From positions 1 to 18,697 of the forward strand of contig JBDGUI010000044.1 of the NCBI GenBank assembly GCA_042216015.1: a stretch of 18,697 bases of DNA, written 5' to 3'. Position numbers and translations under genes: made by a program. This stretch comes from Halodesulfurarchaeum sp. (GTDB lineage: Archaea; Halobacteriota; Halobacteria; Halobacteriales; Halobacteriaceae). Under the pieces are notes generated by a model. It saw only the letters and a program-made list of their open reading frames with translations, ran no database searches and had not been told where the DNA came from. Positions 10,305 to 18,697 of the stretch are shown here, piece by piece; the stretch's first letter is position 1, and every line of letters starts with the position of its first letter.

Positions 10305-12347
10305 ACCGTCCTCCGGGGCCGGTTCGATTCCCGAATCCAGGTCGAACTCGCGCTCGAGCGTGCGGATGCGGTCCCGGATATCCGCCGCGAGTTCGAACTC
10401 GAGGTCCTGGGCGGCCGATTCCATCCGCTCCTCGAGGTCCTCGATCAGGGCGGCGGCCTCCGACTCGTCGCTGGGTTCCAGGCCGCCGATGGAGGTTGTC
10501 TCCTCGCCCGACCCGGGGAGGTCGATCTCCCCGACCGCCTTCTCGATGGTGCTTGGCTCCACGTCGTGGGTCTCGTTGAACTCGCGCTGGATCTCGCGGC
10601 GGCGACGGGTCTCCTCGATCGCCGCCTCCATGGCGTCGGTCACCTCGTCGGCGTAGAGGACGACCTCGCCCTCGAGGTTGCGGGCGGCCCGGCCCATCGT
10701 CTGGATGAGCGAGGTCCGCGAGCGGAGGAAACCCTGCCGGTCGGCGTCGAGGATGGCGACGAGGGAGACCTCGGGGATGTCCAGGCCCTCCCGGAGGAGG
10801 TTGATCCCCACGAGCACGTCGAACTCACCCAGCCGAAGCCCCCGGACGAGTTCGTGGCGCTCGAGGGTGTCGGTCTCGTCGTGCATGTACTCGACTTGGA
10901 CGCCGGCCTCCTCGAGATACTCCGTGAGGTCCTCGGCCATCCGCTTGGTGAGGGTGGTGACGAGCACGCGCTCCTCGCGCTCGACCCGATCGTCGATGCG
11001 GGAAAGCAGGTCGTCGATCTGGTTCTCGGCTGGCTCGACCTCGACTGCGGGGTCGAGGAGGTAGGTCGGGCGGACGATTTGCTCGACCACCTGGCCCGAG
11101 TGCTCGCGCTCGTACTCGCCAGGCGTCGCGCTGACGTAGAGTGTCTGGTCGGTGCGGTCCTCGAACTCCTCGAATGTCAGGGGTCTGTTGTCAAAGGCCG
11201 TGGGGAGGCGAAAGCCGTTCTCGACCAGCGACTCCTTGCGAGAGCGGTCGCCCTCGTGCTGGCCCCGGATCTGTGGCACCGTCCGATGGGACTCGTCGAT
11301 GACGGTGAGGAAGTCCTCGGGGAAGTAATCCAGCAGGGTGTAGGGTGCCTCACCGCGCTCGCGGTCCGAGAGGTAGAGGGCGTAGTTCTCGATCCCCGAG
11401 CAGTATCCGGTCTCCTCGAGCATCTCGAGATCGAAGGTGGTCCGCTCCTCGATTCGCTGGGCAGCGACCAGATCGCCCTGGCGCTCGAAGTACCGGACGC
11501 GTTCTTTCATGTCGGCCTCGATCTGCTCGATCGCCGTTTCGAGGCGGTCCTCGGGCAGCGAGTAGTGCTCGGCCGGGTGGATTAGCGTGGCCGGTTCCTC
11601 CGAGACGACGCTGTTCTCGAGGGGGTCAAGTTTGAAGAGCCGGTCGATCTCGTCGCCCCAGAACTCGACTCTGACGGCATACCGGCCGTACATCGGGAAG
11701 ATCTCGACGGTGTCGCCGCGCACGCGGAACGTGCCCTGGGTGAAGTCGACGTCGTTTCGCTCGTAGTTGAGGTCCACGAGCGAGGCGAGCAGTTCCTCGC
11801 GCTCGATTCGGTCGCCCCGCTCGAGCCGGAGGGCCATCTCCTCGTAGTTCGTCGGATCACCCAGTCCGTAGATGGCCGAGACCGAGGCGACGACGATCAC
11901 GTCATCCCGCGTGAGCAGCGAGCGGGTCGCGGAGTGGCGCAGGCGGTCGATCTCCTCGTTGATCGAGGCGTCTTTGTCGATGTAGGTGTCCGATTGCTCG
12001 ACGTAGGCCTCGGGCTGGTAGTAGTCATAATAGGAGACGAAGTACTCCACGGCGTTCTCGGGGAAGAGCTGGCTGAACTCCTCGTAGAGCTGGGCTGCCA
12101 GGGTCTTGTTGTGTGCGATGACCAGGGTCGGGACGTCGAGTTCCTCGATCGTCCAGGAGACGGTGTTGGTCTTCCCGGAGCCGGTGACCCCCAGAAGCGT
12201 CTGTTTGTCCATTCCGGACTCGAAGCCCTCGACAAGCGCCTCGATTGCCTCGGGCTGATCACCGGCGGGGTCGAAGGGCGCCTCGACCCGAAAGGAGCGA
12301 TCGATGTCGGGTTGGTCGGGAGAGATTGGGCCCGCCGAATCGCTCAT
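10287..12347 (-). CDS. uvrB: Excinuclease ABC subunit B
   Basis: Motifs include PAGDQP, Walker [20 protein letters not shown], the beta-hairpin [42 protein letters not shown] and a C-terminal UVR domain FELAADIRD. Confidence 0.98.
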   Translation of the reverse strand: MSDSAGPISPDQPDIDRSFRVEAPFDPAGDQPEAIEALVEGFESGMDKQTLLGVTGSGKTNTVSWTIEELDVPTLVIAHNKTLAAQLYEEFSQLFPENAVEYFVSYYDYYQPEAYVEQSDTYIDKDASINEEIDRLRHSATRSLLTRDDVIVVASVSAIYGLGDPTNYEEMALRLERGDRIEREELLASLVDLNYERNDVDFTQGTFRVRGDTVEIFPMYGRYAVRVEFWGDEIDRLFKLDPLENSVVSEEPATLIHPAEHYSLPEDRLETAIEQIEADMKERVRYFERQGDLVAAQRIEERTTFDLEMLEETGYCSGIENYALYLSDRERGEAPYTLLDYFPEDFLTVIDESHRTVPQIRGQHEGDRSRKESLVENGFRLPTAFDNRPLTFEEFEDRTDQTLYVSATPGEYEREHSGQVVEQIVRPTYLLDPAVEVEPAENQIDDLLSRIDDRVEREERVLVTTLTKRMAEDLTEYLEEAGVQVEYMHDETDTLERHELVRGLRLGEFDVLVGINLLREGLDIPEVSLVAILDADRQGFLRSRTSLIQTMGRAARNLEGEVVLYADEVTDAMEAAIEETRRRREIQREFNETHDVEPSTIEKAVGEIDLPGSGEETTSIGGLEPSDESEAAALIEDLEERMESAAQDLEFELAADIRDRIRTLEREFDLDSGIEPAPEDGGVPVE

Positions 12348-12646
12348 TACCGGATCCTAGGCGTCGAGCAACTTACGTTCAGTCCATGAGTGATCGGACG
12401 GTGAGCCGAAGGAATCGAACGGATGTTGACCCGATCGAATGGATCCCATCGTTCCCCCGAGCGGAGGAAGGGCGAACAGATGACACCGTCGAGACCCGGC
12501 CAGGTCGTGTCACACCGCCAGAAACCCAGCGGCCGGGGTCCGCCCTCGAGACCGATATCGACGGATGATCGGTACCCGAGATCGACGGATGGCCCCGCTA
12601 TTTTCGAGACGTGGCCGGGTGGTTGGTCACATGGGCTCCCCTGGTC

Positions 12647-12727
12647 CGGTGTTTGGTGATAAAGGTACGCCCGAGCCTGCATCAGGTGGCTGGTTCTCAG
12701 GACAGCCGGCATTGCTGCCCCACACCG
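12647..12727 (-). ncRNA. Candidate structured RNA with TPP-riboswitch-like motifs, antisense to the thiB upstream region
   Basis: The minus strand reads CGGUGUGGGGCAGC-AAUGCCG-GCUGUC-CUGAGA-ACCAGCC-ACCUGAU-GCAGGCUCGG-GCGUA-CCUUUAUCACCAAACACCG. It has the hairpin GGCAGC/GCUGUC and the closing stem CGGUGU/ACACCG. The canonical P4' AGGGA is missing. Confidence 0.4.
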
Positions 12728-12733
12728 AGGAGG

Positions 12734-12740
12734 TTTTGTA
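12734..12740 (+). promoter_or_regulatory. Putative TATA box of the thiBPQ operon (leaderless)
   Basis: TTTTGTA sits 24-30 nt upstream of ATG 12764. Confidence 0.45.
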
Positions 12741-12763
12741 CCACCGAGTGAAACAACCCAGTA

Positions 12764-13885
12764 ATGGATCGGCGAACCTTCATCAAGGGCGCTGGCGCCG
12801 CGGGCGTGGCCGTCGTGGCCGGGTGTGTGAACCAGGGAGACGAATCGGGAACCACGACCGAGCCGAACGGGACGACGACCGGGACGAGCGACGGAACGGA
12901 TTCGCTGGCCGGGACGCTCCGCGTAGCGACCTACGAGCCGTTCATTGACGCCCCGAGCGTGAGCCCGGGTGGGTGGATCAAGACCCACTTCGAGTCGGCC
13001 TATCCGGACGCCACGATCGAATGGCTGACCCCCGAATCCGGACTCAACCACTTCATCCAGCAGGCACAGTACGGCGATCGGGTCGAGGCGGACGTGTACG
13101 TCGGGCTCAACGCGGACGACCTCGTTCGAGTCGACAGGGAACTGGGCGAAACCCGCCTGTTCGATACCGTCCCGACTGACGAACTCGCGAACGAAGGGCG
13201 CGTCATCGATGACCTTCGGTTCGATCCCGCCAACCGCGCGATCCCGTACGACACCGGCTACATTAGCCTCGTCTACGACGCCGGAAAGATCCCCGAACCT
13301 CAGACCTTCGAGGACCTGACCCGGCCAACCTTCGAGGACACCCTCCTCGTGGAGAACGCCCAGACGAGCGATCCGGGACGGGCCTTCCTGCTCTGGACGA
13401 TCGCGAACCGGGGCGAGGAGGAATACCTCGATTACTGGCAGGCACTCATGCACAACGGCGCCCGGATCCTCGGCGACTGGAATGCGGCCTATACTGCCTA
13501 CTCGAACGGGGAGCGCCCGGCCGTGGTCTCCTATTCGACCGACCAGGTGTACGCCCATCGCAACGACGTGGACATGCAGCGCCACCAGATCGCCTTTCTC
13601 GACGATCAGGGGTATGCCGTCCCGGAGGGCATGGCACGGTTCGCGGACACCGCAGCGCCCGAGCTTTCAGCAGCCTTCCTCGACTTCATGCTCGCGCCCG
13701 AGACCCAATCGACGATCGCCGTGCGGAACGTCGCCTTCCCAGCAATCGAGAACGCCGATTTGCCGGCGGAATTCGACCAGTACGCCTACCGGCCGCCGGA
13801 GTCCGTGACCCACACCTACGAGGAACTCGCCGGGTCGATGGACGACTGGGTCTCCGCGTGGGCAAAGCAGATCGCAAGCGGGTGA
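12764..13885 (+). CDS. thiB: Thiamine ABC transporter substrate-binding lipoprotein (TbpA/ThiB), Tat-exported
   Basis: It has the twin-arginine DRRTFIK and lipobox VAGC with a Thr-rich linker, plus TbpA-family motifs PYDTGYISLVYD, NAQTSDPGRAFLLWT, WNAAYTAYSNGE, VVSYSTD and FLDFMLAPETQ. Confidence 0.88.
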   Translation: MDRRTFIKGAGAAGVAVVAGCVNQGDESGTTTEPNGTTTGTSDGTDSLAGTLRVATYEPFIDAPSVSPGGWIKTHFESAYPDATIEWLTPESGLNHFIQQAQYGDRVEADVYVGLNADDLVRVDRELGETRLFDTVPTDELANEGRVIDDLRFDPANRAIPYDTGYISLVYDAGKIPEPQTFEDLTRPTFEDTLLVENAQTSDPGRAFLLWTIANRGEEEYLDYWQALMHNGARILGDWNAAYTAYSNGERPAVVSYSTDQVYAHRNDVDMQRHQIAFLDDQGYAVPEGMARFADTAAPELSAAFLDFMLAPETQSTIAVRNVAFPAIENADLPAEFDQYAYRPPESVTHTYEELAGSMDDWVSAWAKQIASG

Positions 13886-13888
13886 ACC

Positions 13889-15685
13889 ATGACCCGCTCG
13901 TGGACGCATCGCCCGGTCGGACGGCTCACCCATCGCGCCAGGGAGCAGGCCCTTCCGATCACGGCCGCCGTGACGGCAGCCGTGCTGGTGGTCATGTTTT
14001 ACTACCCCGTCGGGACGGTCCTCGCGAGAGGACTCGCCGGGACGGTCGATGGGACGAATGTCGTTCTGGCCGTGCTGGGCTCCGAGTTCTACCTCGGCGC
14101 GGCGAGTGGTTTCTTCACGAATCCGCTCGGCGTGCCGGGTGGGATTCTCGACTGGTTTCGGGCCGGCCTCCCCTCGATCGACTTCGGGCTCATCGGTTTC
14201 ACGATCTACCAGGCCCTGCTCTCGACGGTCGCGAGCCTTGCTCTCGGGCTGCCCGGAGCGTACCTCCTCTCGCAGTACTCCTTTCCCGGACGGGAGACGG
14301 TCCGCTCGCTCACGATGCTCCCCTTCGTCCTGCCCTCGATCATGGTGGCGATCGGTTTCGTCGCAATGTTCGGCGACCAGGGCCTGTTGAACGACGTCCT
14401 CGGCATCGTTGGGCTCGGGCCGGTGTCACCGATGTACACCCTGAAGCTCATCGTTCTCGCCCACGCGTTCTACAACGCCCCGCTGATCACGCGGATCGTC
14501 TCGGCGGCGTGGGAGGGAATCGACCGGCAAATGGTCGACACAGCAAGGGGGTTGGGCGCCGGACCCGTTCGATCGTTCTGGGACGTGGCACTCCCACAGC
14601 TCCTCCCGGCGATCCTGACCGGTGCGCTTCTGACCTTCCTCTTCACGTTCATGTCCTTCCCCATCGTGCTGGCGCTTGGCGGCCTCCAGCTCGCGACGGT
14701 GGAGGTATGGCTGTACGCCCACGTCCAGCAACTCGAACTCGCCCAGGCGGCCGGGCTGGCCGTCGTCGAGACGGTAATTACGCTCTCGTTGACCTACGCG
14801 TACCTCCGCTACGAGAGCGGGCAGGCCGGCCTCTCGGGGGTCGGGCGGGGCCCGGATCGCGAGGCCCTCCTCGGGTCGCTCCGGGATCCACGCCGAATTG
14901 GACTGTTCGCCTACGGACTCGTCGTGGTGATCGTCTTCCTCGGGCCGATCCTGAGCATGGTGGTCGAGAGCCTGACGGGTCCGAGCGGCCTGACGCTCCA
15001 GCACTACGCCTTCCTGATCGAACGCCAGCTCACCGGCGCCCCGTTCCAGGTGAAACCACTTCCAGCCATCACGAACTCGCTCGTCTTCGGGACCGCGACG
15101 CTGGCGGTCGCCCTGCCGATGGGCGTGACGGTGGCCGTGCTGGAGTCCAGACGATTCCTCTGGAGCCGGATGCTCGACGCGGTGCTCATGGCTCCGCTCG
15201 CGGTGAGCGGAATCGTGCTCGGGCTGGGACTCCTGCAGGGGCTCGTGTTCGGAACGGAGATCCTGGGGTTTCGGGTGACCGTGACGGGGCCGGTGGCCAT
15301 CGTCGCGGCCCACGCCGTGGCCGCCTATCCCTTCGTGGCTCGGACGGTCGCCCCCCTGCTCGACCGGGTCGATCGACAGCTTCTCGAATCCGCACGGGTC
15401 CTCGGGGCGACTCGCGCCCGCGTGCGGAGGGATATCGAGATTCCACTCGTTGTCCCCGGGATCGTCGCCGGGGCCGCCCTCGCGTTCGCGATCAGCATCG
15501 GGGAGTTCGACTCGACGGTCATCCTCGCGGAGGGGAGTGCCAGCTACACCATGCCGGTCGCCGTCGAGCGATACCTGGGAAACCGGACCCTCGGTCCGGC
15601 CACGGCCATGGGCACCGTCCTGCTTTTCGTCACCGCCGGAAGCTTCCTCGTCATCGATCGGGTCGGCGGGTGGTGGCACCCATGA
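13889..15685 (+). CDS. thiP: ABC transporter permease with duplicated domain (ThiP type)
   Basis: It has many TM helices and two EAA-type loops (DTARGLGAG, ESARVLGAT), plus LAHAFYNAPL, FTFMSFPIVLALGG and AISIGEF. It is in an operon with thiB. Confidence 0.87.
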   Translation: MTRSWTHRPVGRLTHRAREQALPITAAVTAAVLVVMFYYPVGTVLARGLAGTVDGTNVVLAVLGSEFYLGAASGFFTNPLGVPGGILDWFRAGLPSIDFGLIGFTIYQALLSTVASLALGLPGAYLLSQYSFPGRETVRSLTMLPFVLPSIMVAIGFVAMFGDQGLLNDVLGIVGLGPVSPMYTLKLIVLAHAFYNAPLITRIVSAAWEGIDRQMVDTARGLGAGPVRSFWDVALPQLLPAILTGALLTFLFTFMSFPIVLALGGLQLATVEVWLYAHVQQLELAQAAGLAVVETVITLSLTYAYLRYESGQAGLSGVGRGPDREALLGSLRDPRRIGLFAYGLVVVIVFLGPILSMVVESLTGPSGLTLQHYAFLIERQLTGAPFQVKPLPAITNSLVFGTATLAVALPMGVTVAVLESRRFLWSRMLDAVLMAPLAVSGIVLGLGLLQGLVFGTEILGFRVTVTGPVAIVAAHAVAAYPFVARTVAPLLDRVDRQLLESARVLGATRARVRRDIEIPLVVPGIVAGAALAFAISIGEFDSTVILAEGSASYTMPVAVERYLGNRTLGPATAMGTVLLFVTAGSFLVIDRVGGWWHP

Positions 15686-16710
15686 CGGGACTCGAACTGC
15701 GGGACGTCTCGAAGGCCTTCGGGGACGACCACGCCCTCGATTCGGTGTCTTTCACCGTCCGGGACGGGGAGTTCTTCACGCTCGTCGGCCCCTCGGGATG
15801 CGGGAAGACGACCACCCTCCGGATCGTCGCCGGACTGACCGAGCCCTCCAGAGGGACGGTTCGAATCGATGGCCAGTCGATGGCGGGCGTTCCGCCGGAG
15901 GACCGGAACGTGGGGATCGTGTTCCAGAATTACGCCCTGTTTCCCCACATGACCGTCGCGGAGAACGTCGCCTACGGCCTGAAGTTTCACGAACCGCCAC
16001 GGGGGGTCTCGACGGGTGAGCGAGTCGAGGAACTGCTCGAACTGGTCGACCTCTCGGGACTCGAAGAGCGGGAGCCGGATACCCTCTCGGGCGGGCAACA
16101 GCAGCGAGTCGCGCTCGCCCGCGCACTCGCACCGGGGCCGGACCTCCTGCTCCTCGACGAACCGATGAGCGCTCTCGACGCCCGACTCCGCGACCGGCTC
16201 CGACGGACCGTCCGGGAGATCCAATCGGAGCTGGGGATCACGACAGTGTACGTGACCCACGACCAAAGCGAGGCGCTTGCGGCGAGCGACCGCATCGCGG
16301 TGATGCACGACGGCCGAATCGAGCAGATCGGCCGACCCGAGGAGGTGTATCGGGATCCGGCAAACCGGTTTGTGGCATCCTTCGTGGGCGACAACAACCT
16401 CTTCGACGTCGAGTCCATCGACGGGGCGATCGCCACCGTCGACGGTGGGGCAACGATCACAGTAAACGAACCGGTGGTTCCGGGGAACACGCTCGCCGTT
16501 CGACCGGAGGCCATGCACGTGGGGCCGGGAGAGACGACCCTCGAACCGACCCTCGAGAGCGCGGAGTTTTGGGGAAACGGCTACACCCTTCACTGCCGGC
16601 TCGGCGATCGGGACCTCCTCGTCGAAACGGAGGTGGCGCCGGAGGAACCCCTGGAAATCGGATTCTCGGCCTCGGACGTGCAGGTATTACCTGACGAATC
16701 GGGTGGGTAG
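15682..16710 (+). CDS. thiQ: ABC transporter ATP-binding subunit (ThiQ/PotA type)
   Basis: The ATG at 15682 overlaps the thiP stop (ATGA). Motifs are Walker A GPSGCGKTT, Q-loop VFQNYALFPH, signature LSGGQQQR, Walker B LLLLDEP and H-loop VTHD, followed by a TOBE-like tail. Confidence 0.88.
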   Translation: MTGLELRDVSKAFGDDHALDSVSFTVRDGEFFTLVGPSGCGKTTTLRIVAGLTEPSRGTVRIDGQSMAGVPPEDRNVGIVFQNYALFPHMTVAENVAYGLKFHEPPRGVSTGERVEELLELVDLSGLEEREPDTLSGGQQQRVALARALAPGPDLLLLDEPMSALDARLRDRLRRTVREIQSELGITTVYVTHDQSEALAASDRIAVMHDGRIEQIGRPEEVYRDPANRFVASFVGDNNLFDVESIDGAIATVDGGATITVNEPVVPGNTLAVRPEAMHVGPGETTLEPTLESAEFWGNGYTLHCRLGDRDLLVETEVAPEEPLEIGFSASDVQVLPDESGG

Positions 16711-16801
16711 TGCCCAAAGAGTTGGCCAGGTGGGTCCCAAAGGATCGGGCAGGTTGTGCCCGGAGATGAGAAGTCCAAGAAGGCGTGCACCAGTCAGGTG
16801 C

Positions 16802-17497
16802 CTACGGGACGACGCCGACGGTGAGAAGCGTCCCGTAGGTCCGATATCGCTCGACCATCGTTTCGCGGGTGTCGAAGGATTCGATGGGGAACTCCTCCGC
16901 CTCCGGGATCTCGACCTCGCGGTCCGGGATGTTCTCCTGGGCGGCGAGGTGGAAGCCGGCCTCCCGGAACGCCTCGCGGTACTCCGCCCGGCTCCAGCGG
17001 GTCATCGGGACCTCGAGGAAGGTCTCCCACTCGTGGGAGTGGACGTTCTCCTCGTAGAAATCGACCGCACAGTAGAAGGTGCCTCCGGACCGGAGGACCC
17101 GGGAGAGTTCCGAGAGCACCGCTCCCACGTCCGATGCGTAGTAGATTGCCTCCATCGAGAAGGCGTGATCGATGGAGTTTGCCTCGAAGGGTAGCGCCTC
17201 GAAGTCTCCACGGAGAAACCCGATCGCGGGATCGTCGGTGTAGTCGTCGGCGTTCGAAACCATCTCGGGGGACGCGTCGATCCCGTAGCCCCGTCCGATG
17301 CCGCGCTCGCGGAGTGCCCGGAGCGCGTAGCCACTTCCGGTTCCAAGATCGAGGACCACGTCGTCCGATTCGATCGGCATCCGGGCCAGTGCCTCCCTGG
17401 CGGTGTGCCAGTGACGTTCCTCCATACCCCGATCTCGCCCCTCGGCCGCCCAGGCGTCGAACTCCGCGCGAACGCTCGTGTGACTCCGATTCGTCAT
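16802..17497 (-). CDS. Class I SAM-dependent methyltransferase
   Basis: Motif I VLDLGTGSG, YGIDASPEM, GDFEALPFEANSIDHAFS and LSRVLRSGG are present. The start is uncertain; I chose ATG 17497. Confidence 0.88.
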   Translation of the reverse strand: MTNRSHTSVRAEFDAWAAEGRDRGMEERHWHTAREALARMPIESDDVVLDLGTGSGYALRALRERGIGRGYGIDASPEMVSNADDYTDDPAIGFLRGDFEALPFEANSIDHAFSMEAIYYASDVGAVLSELSRVLRSGGTFYCAVDFYEENVHSHEWETFLEVPMTRWSRAEYREAFREAGFHLAAQENIPDREVEIPEAEEFPIESFDTRETMVERYRTYGTLLTVGVVP

Positions 17498-17582
17498 GGT
17501 TCGACGGAATCGATCCATCGGGAAAGTCGCTCCGGCCCCTGCGTGCCGATTCGTTCCGATCGCGTTCACCCCGTGATTGCGT

Positions 17583-18170
17583 TCACTCCCGTTCGTCTCC
17601 CTCTGATTCCTCCTGGTCGGGATCGAGGGGAAAGGACAGCTCCGAGTCCGTCGAGCCGCCGTCCGCCGGGGCGACGCCGGAACTCGACCGGGACCGCCGG
17701 GACGCGGCCGCTTGCCAGCTCACGTCTTGCCCGCTCGCGCCTCGGGATCGATCCCGATGTGAGACGCCAGCGAGCAATCCCCAGAAGGCCACGAGCGTCC
17801 CGAAACCGTAGGAAACCGCGAGCGGGATCACGAGCGGGAGCCCGGGTGGGGCTCCGGTGAGTCCCCCGAGCAGTCCCGAGACGATGGCGCTCGCACCCGC
17901 GAGGATGGCGCCCCCACCGGCCATGTTTCGCGGGGATGGGTTCGCGGTAACCGACCGCGTGGCGAGGTACAGGACGATCGGGACGACGAGCGCGGCGATG
18001 GCAAACCCGGCGGTTTGAGCCACTTCGGCGGCCGCGCCGGCCCGCTGGAACAGCTCCGTCAACCACCCGGCGCCACCGACGGCGACGACGAGGCCGCCCG
18101 CGAGAAGCAGAGCGACGCCGCTGGCGGCCCTGAGCGTCCACCACCAGTCTCGATCGTCGCGTGTCCGCAT
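17583..18170 (-). CDS. 4-TM membrane protein with acidic disordered C-terminal tail
   Basis: It has four hydrophobic segments followed by an S/R-rich then D/E-rich tail. A TATA-like TTATTTGTC lies about 25-33 nt upstream on the minus strand. Confidence 0.72.
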   Translation of the reverse strand: MRTRDDRDWWWTLRAASGVALLLAGGLVVAVGGAGWLTELFQRAGAAAEVAQTAGFAIAALVVPIVLYLATRSVTANPSPRNMAGGGAILAGASAIVSGLLGGLTGAPPGLPLVIPLAVSYGFGTLVAFWGLLAGVSHRDRSRGASGQDVSWQAAASRRSRSSSGVAPADGGSTDSELSFPLDPDQEESEGDERE

Positions 18171-18267
18171 TCGGATGGTGTTACCACGACCAGGGACAAA
18201 TAACCCGGTGTCGGCGTCGGCTTTCCGTCTGACGCGGTTTTAATTGTCATGGCCACGGAGTGAGTGT

Positions 18268-18552
18268 ATGGTATCGACCGTGCGACTCTCGGCGAGGACC
18301 GGCGCGGTCGGCGTCTGGGCCGTACTCCTCGGTGGCACGCTCGTCTACGGAATCGACAGGCTCCTCGGGGTGCTCGATGAGGGGGCCAGGTCGGGGTCGC
18401 TTGCAGCCGCCGGGTTACCGATCGTCGCGCTGGCCGAGACGGCGCTCATGAACGTGTACAGCGGAAGTGCTGCGAGCGTGTTCATCGGGGTGTTGCTCGT
18501 GCTTGCCGGGTGGTATCAGCTGATGCGACTCTCCACCAGAAAACCGGTTTGA
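18268..18552 (+). CDS. Small hypothetical membrane protein (94 aa, 2-3 TM)
   Basis: ATG 18268 lies 23-30 nt after TTTTAATT. Hydrophobic segments are GAVGVWAVLLGGTLVYGI and SVFIGVLLVLAGWY. A T-tract follows the stop. Confidence 0.6.
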   Translation: MVSTVRLSARTGAVGVWAVLLGGTLVYGIDRLLGVLDEGARSGSLAAAGLPIVALAETALMNVYSGSAASVFIGVLLVLAGWYQLMRLSTRKPV

Positions 18553-18554
18553 GA

Positions 18555-18569
18555 TTTTTCCCCAAAAAA
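18555..18569. terminator. Possible bidirectional archaeal oligo-T terminator
   Basis: TTTTT-CCCC-AAAAAA comes immediately after the stop at 18552. Confidence 0.4.
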
Positions 18570-18697
18570 CCGAGTTGGGAATTGTCACGGAAAACAGGAC
18601 AGGGACTCGCCACCGAAAGACCGGTTTTGAACCTCGCTTTCGAATCGGTCGAGAACGGATCCTTGCGATTCGTTCGAGGGAGAACGTGGGGATCGAG

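Noticed and set aside
12600..12763. Canonical sense-strand TPP riboswitch in the thiB leader
   Set aside because: The plus strand lacks CUGAGA/CCUGAU motifs. The similarity is only on the minus strand and is incomplete, so it is reported as a candidate finding instead.
13858..16710. 950-aa ORF apparently fusing a long N-terminal region to the ABC ATPase
   Set aside because: The first ~608 codons are an Arg/Gly/Pro-rich off-frame read of thiP. The real ATPase starts at ATG 15682, overlapping the thiP stop.
18553..18697. Replication origin (ORB) or tRNA at the right edge
   Set aside because: The region is lower in GC, but I see no ORB consensus with a G-string and no cloverleaf.

Overview
High-GC haloarchaeal (class Halobacteria) chromosomal core region. 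The proteins are strongly acidic, most genes appear leaderless with TATA-like boxes about 25-30 nt before the ATG, and one gene encodes a Tat lipoprotein. Gene order: 3' part of argH, then argW (54-aa LysW-type carrier, absent from the ORF track), argX and thrC; metX on the minus strand; an orphan 2-TM histidine kinase; NAD-dependent ligase ligN and uvrC, convergent with uvrB; a thiamine ABC transporter (thiB-thiP-thiQ); a SAM methyltransferase and a 4-TM protein on the minus strand; and a small membrane protein. I saw no mobile element, CRISPR array, tRNA or rRNA. Most notable: (1) a structured element carrying TPP-riboswitch core motifs in the correct order but on the antisense strand just upstream of thiB; (2) an argW-argX pair with no argC/B/D/E/F following it; (3) tandem duplications spanning the stop codons of both convergent uvr genes; (4) an unannotated TM-encoding frame with a C10 tract and a perfect palindrome before uvrC.
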